64,000 nt of DNA from Propionibacteriaceae bacterium (GTDB lineage: Bacteria; Actinomycetota; Actinomycetes; Propionibacteriales; Propionibacteriaceae), in contig WQYR01000001.1 of NCBI GenBank assembly GCA_009781145.1, positions 25,339-89,338 on the forward strand, in the 5' to 3' direction. Below the pieces are notes generated by a model. It was not told the origin of the DNA. It made no database searches and was given only the letters and a program-made list of their open reading frames with translations. The position numbers were made by a program, and so were the translations under genes. Of this stretch, positions 63,555 to 64,000 are shown piece after piece (positions within the stretch are counted from its first letter, which is position 1; the number at the start of each line of letters is the position of its first letter).

Positions 63555-64000
63555 TGAGCGGGCAGTCGTCGGACGCCGATGTTGCCGGCGAGGATGTGGC
63601 CGAAAAGGAATGGTGGGACGACCCCGGCATGCCGTGGCGTCACAAGCCCGGCAAAGCCGACATCGCCTGCCTGGCTTGGATCGGCATCGTCGGGGTGTGG
63701 GGCCTGGCGATGTTGCCGCTGCGCAGTTGGCTGATGGGCCTGAATGTGCCGTTGCTGGTGACGTTGACCGGGTCGCGCGCAGCCATAGCCGGGTTGGGGT
63801 CGCTGACCAGGGTTGGTGATTACGTCTCATGGTGGTGGCCAATGCTGGCCGGCCTGATCATGTCGATCAAGTTCGACTGGGTGTATTGGTGGGCCGGCAA
63901 GCTGTGGGGCCGAGGCATCATCGAGGTGTGGGCGGGGCAGTCGAAGCGCGCCGCCAAGAACTACGCCCGGGCCGAGCGCTGGGCGCTCCGCTGGGGGGCG
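63554..64000 (+). CDS. Membrane protein, unknown function (N-terminal part only; the ORF runs off the window)
   Basis: The ATG at 63554 overlaps the preceding stop (TGATG). The frame stays open for 149 codons to the window end, has Trp-rich hydrophobic segments, and shows high third-position GC. Confidence 0.5.
   Translation, partial: MSGQSSDADVAGEDVAEKEWWDDPGMPWRHKPGKADIACLAWIGIVGVWGLAMLPLRSWLMGLNVPLLVTLTGSRAAIAGLGSLTRVGDYVSWWWPMLAGLIMSIKFDWVYWWAGKLWGRGIIEVWAGQSKRAAKNYARAERWALRWGA

Overview
This 64-kb window comes from a high-GC actinobacterial (Actinomycetota) chromosome. It is almost entirely densely packed core genes, and I saw no rRNA, tRNA, CRISPR array, transposase or integrase. All calls were made by eye from the sequence and the ORF track.

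Gene content, left to right:
- ABC substrate-binding lipoprotein, then clpC1-lsr2.
- Folate block folE-folP-folB::folK.
- glnR-like regulator, then ppk-mutT1.
- Minus-strand envelope cluster: beta-propeller lipoprotein, LolA/RseB-like protein, ABC-2 exporter, GT2 glycosyltransferase, multi-pass membrane protein.
- pntAB, two small membrane proteins, a CDF cation exporter.
- Patatin-like lipase and galM.
- Conserved fhaA-fhaB-pstP-rodA-pbpA division/elongation operon, here without pknA/pknB.
- CDP-alcohol phosphatidyltransferase, then a five-gene peptide ABC importer.
- K+/H+ antiporter coupled to a succinate/propionate-type CoA-transferase.
- Decayed hipBA-like locus, HAD hydrolase, alaA-like aminotransferase.
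- ECF sigma factor with a fused membrane and Pro/Thr-rich tail.
- Complete nuoA-N operon, bracketed by a geranylgeranyl-reductase-family gene and a polyprenyl diphosphate synthase.

Items the gene list does not explain:
1. A 984-bp coding-free, lower-GC island (22508-23491) carrying a duplicated hairpin-forming module, with changes that preserve base pairing.
2. A 166-bp MITE-like element with 23-bp terminal inverted repeats (34188-34353), plus a truncated second copy (20009-20100).
3. A G-run tandem repeat with an inverted partner, located where pknA/pknB would normally follow pbpA.
4. The membrane-tethered sigma factor.
5. The toxin-deleted hipBA remnant, which keeps a perfect palindromic operator.

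I found no clear multi-gene novel system such as a defence island. Start codons were refined by hand where the ORF track clearly over-extends the N-terminus.
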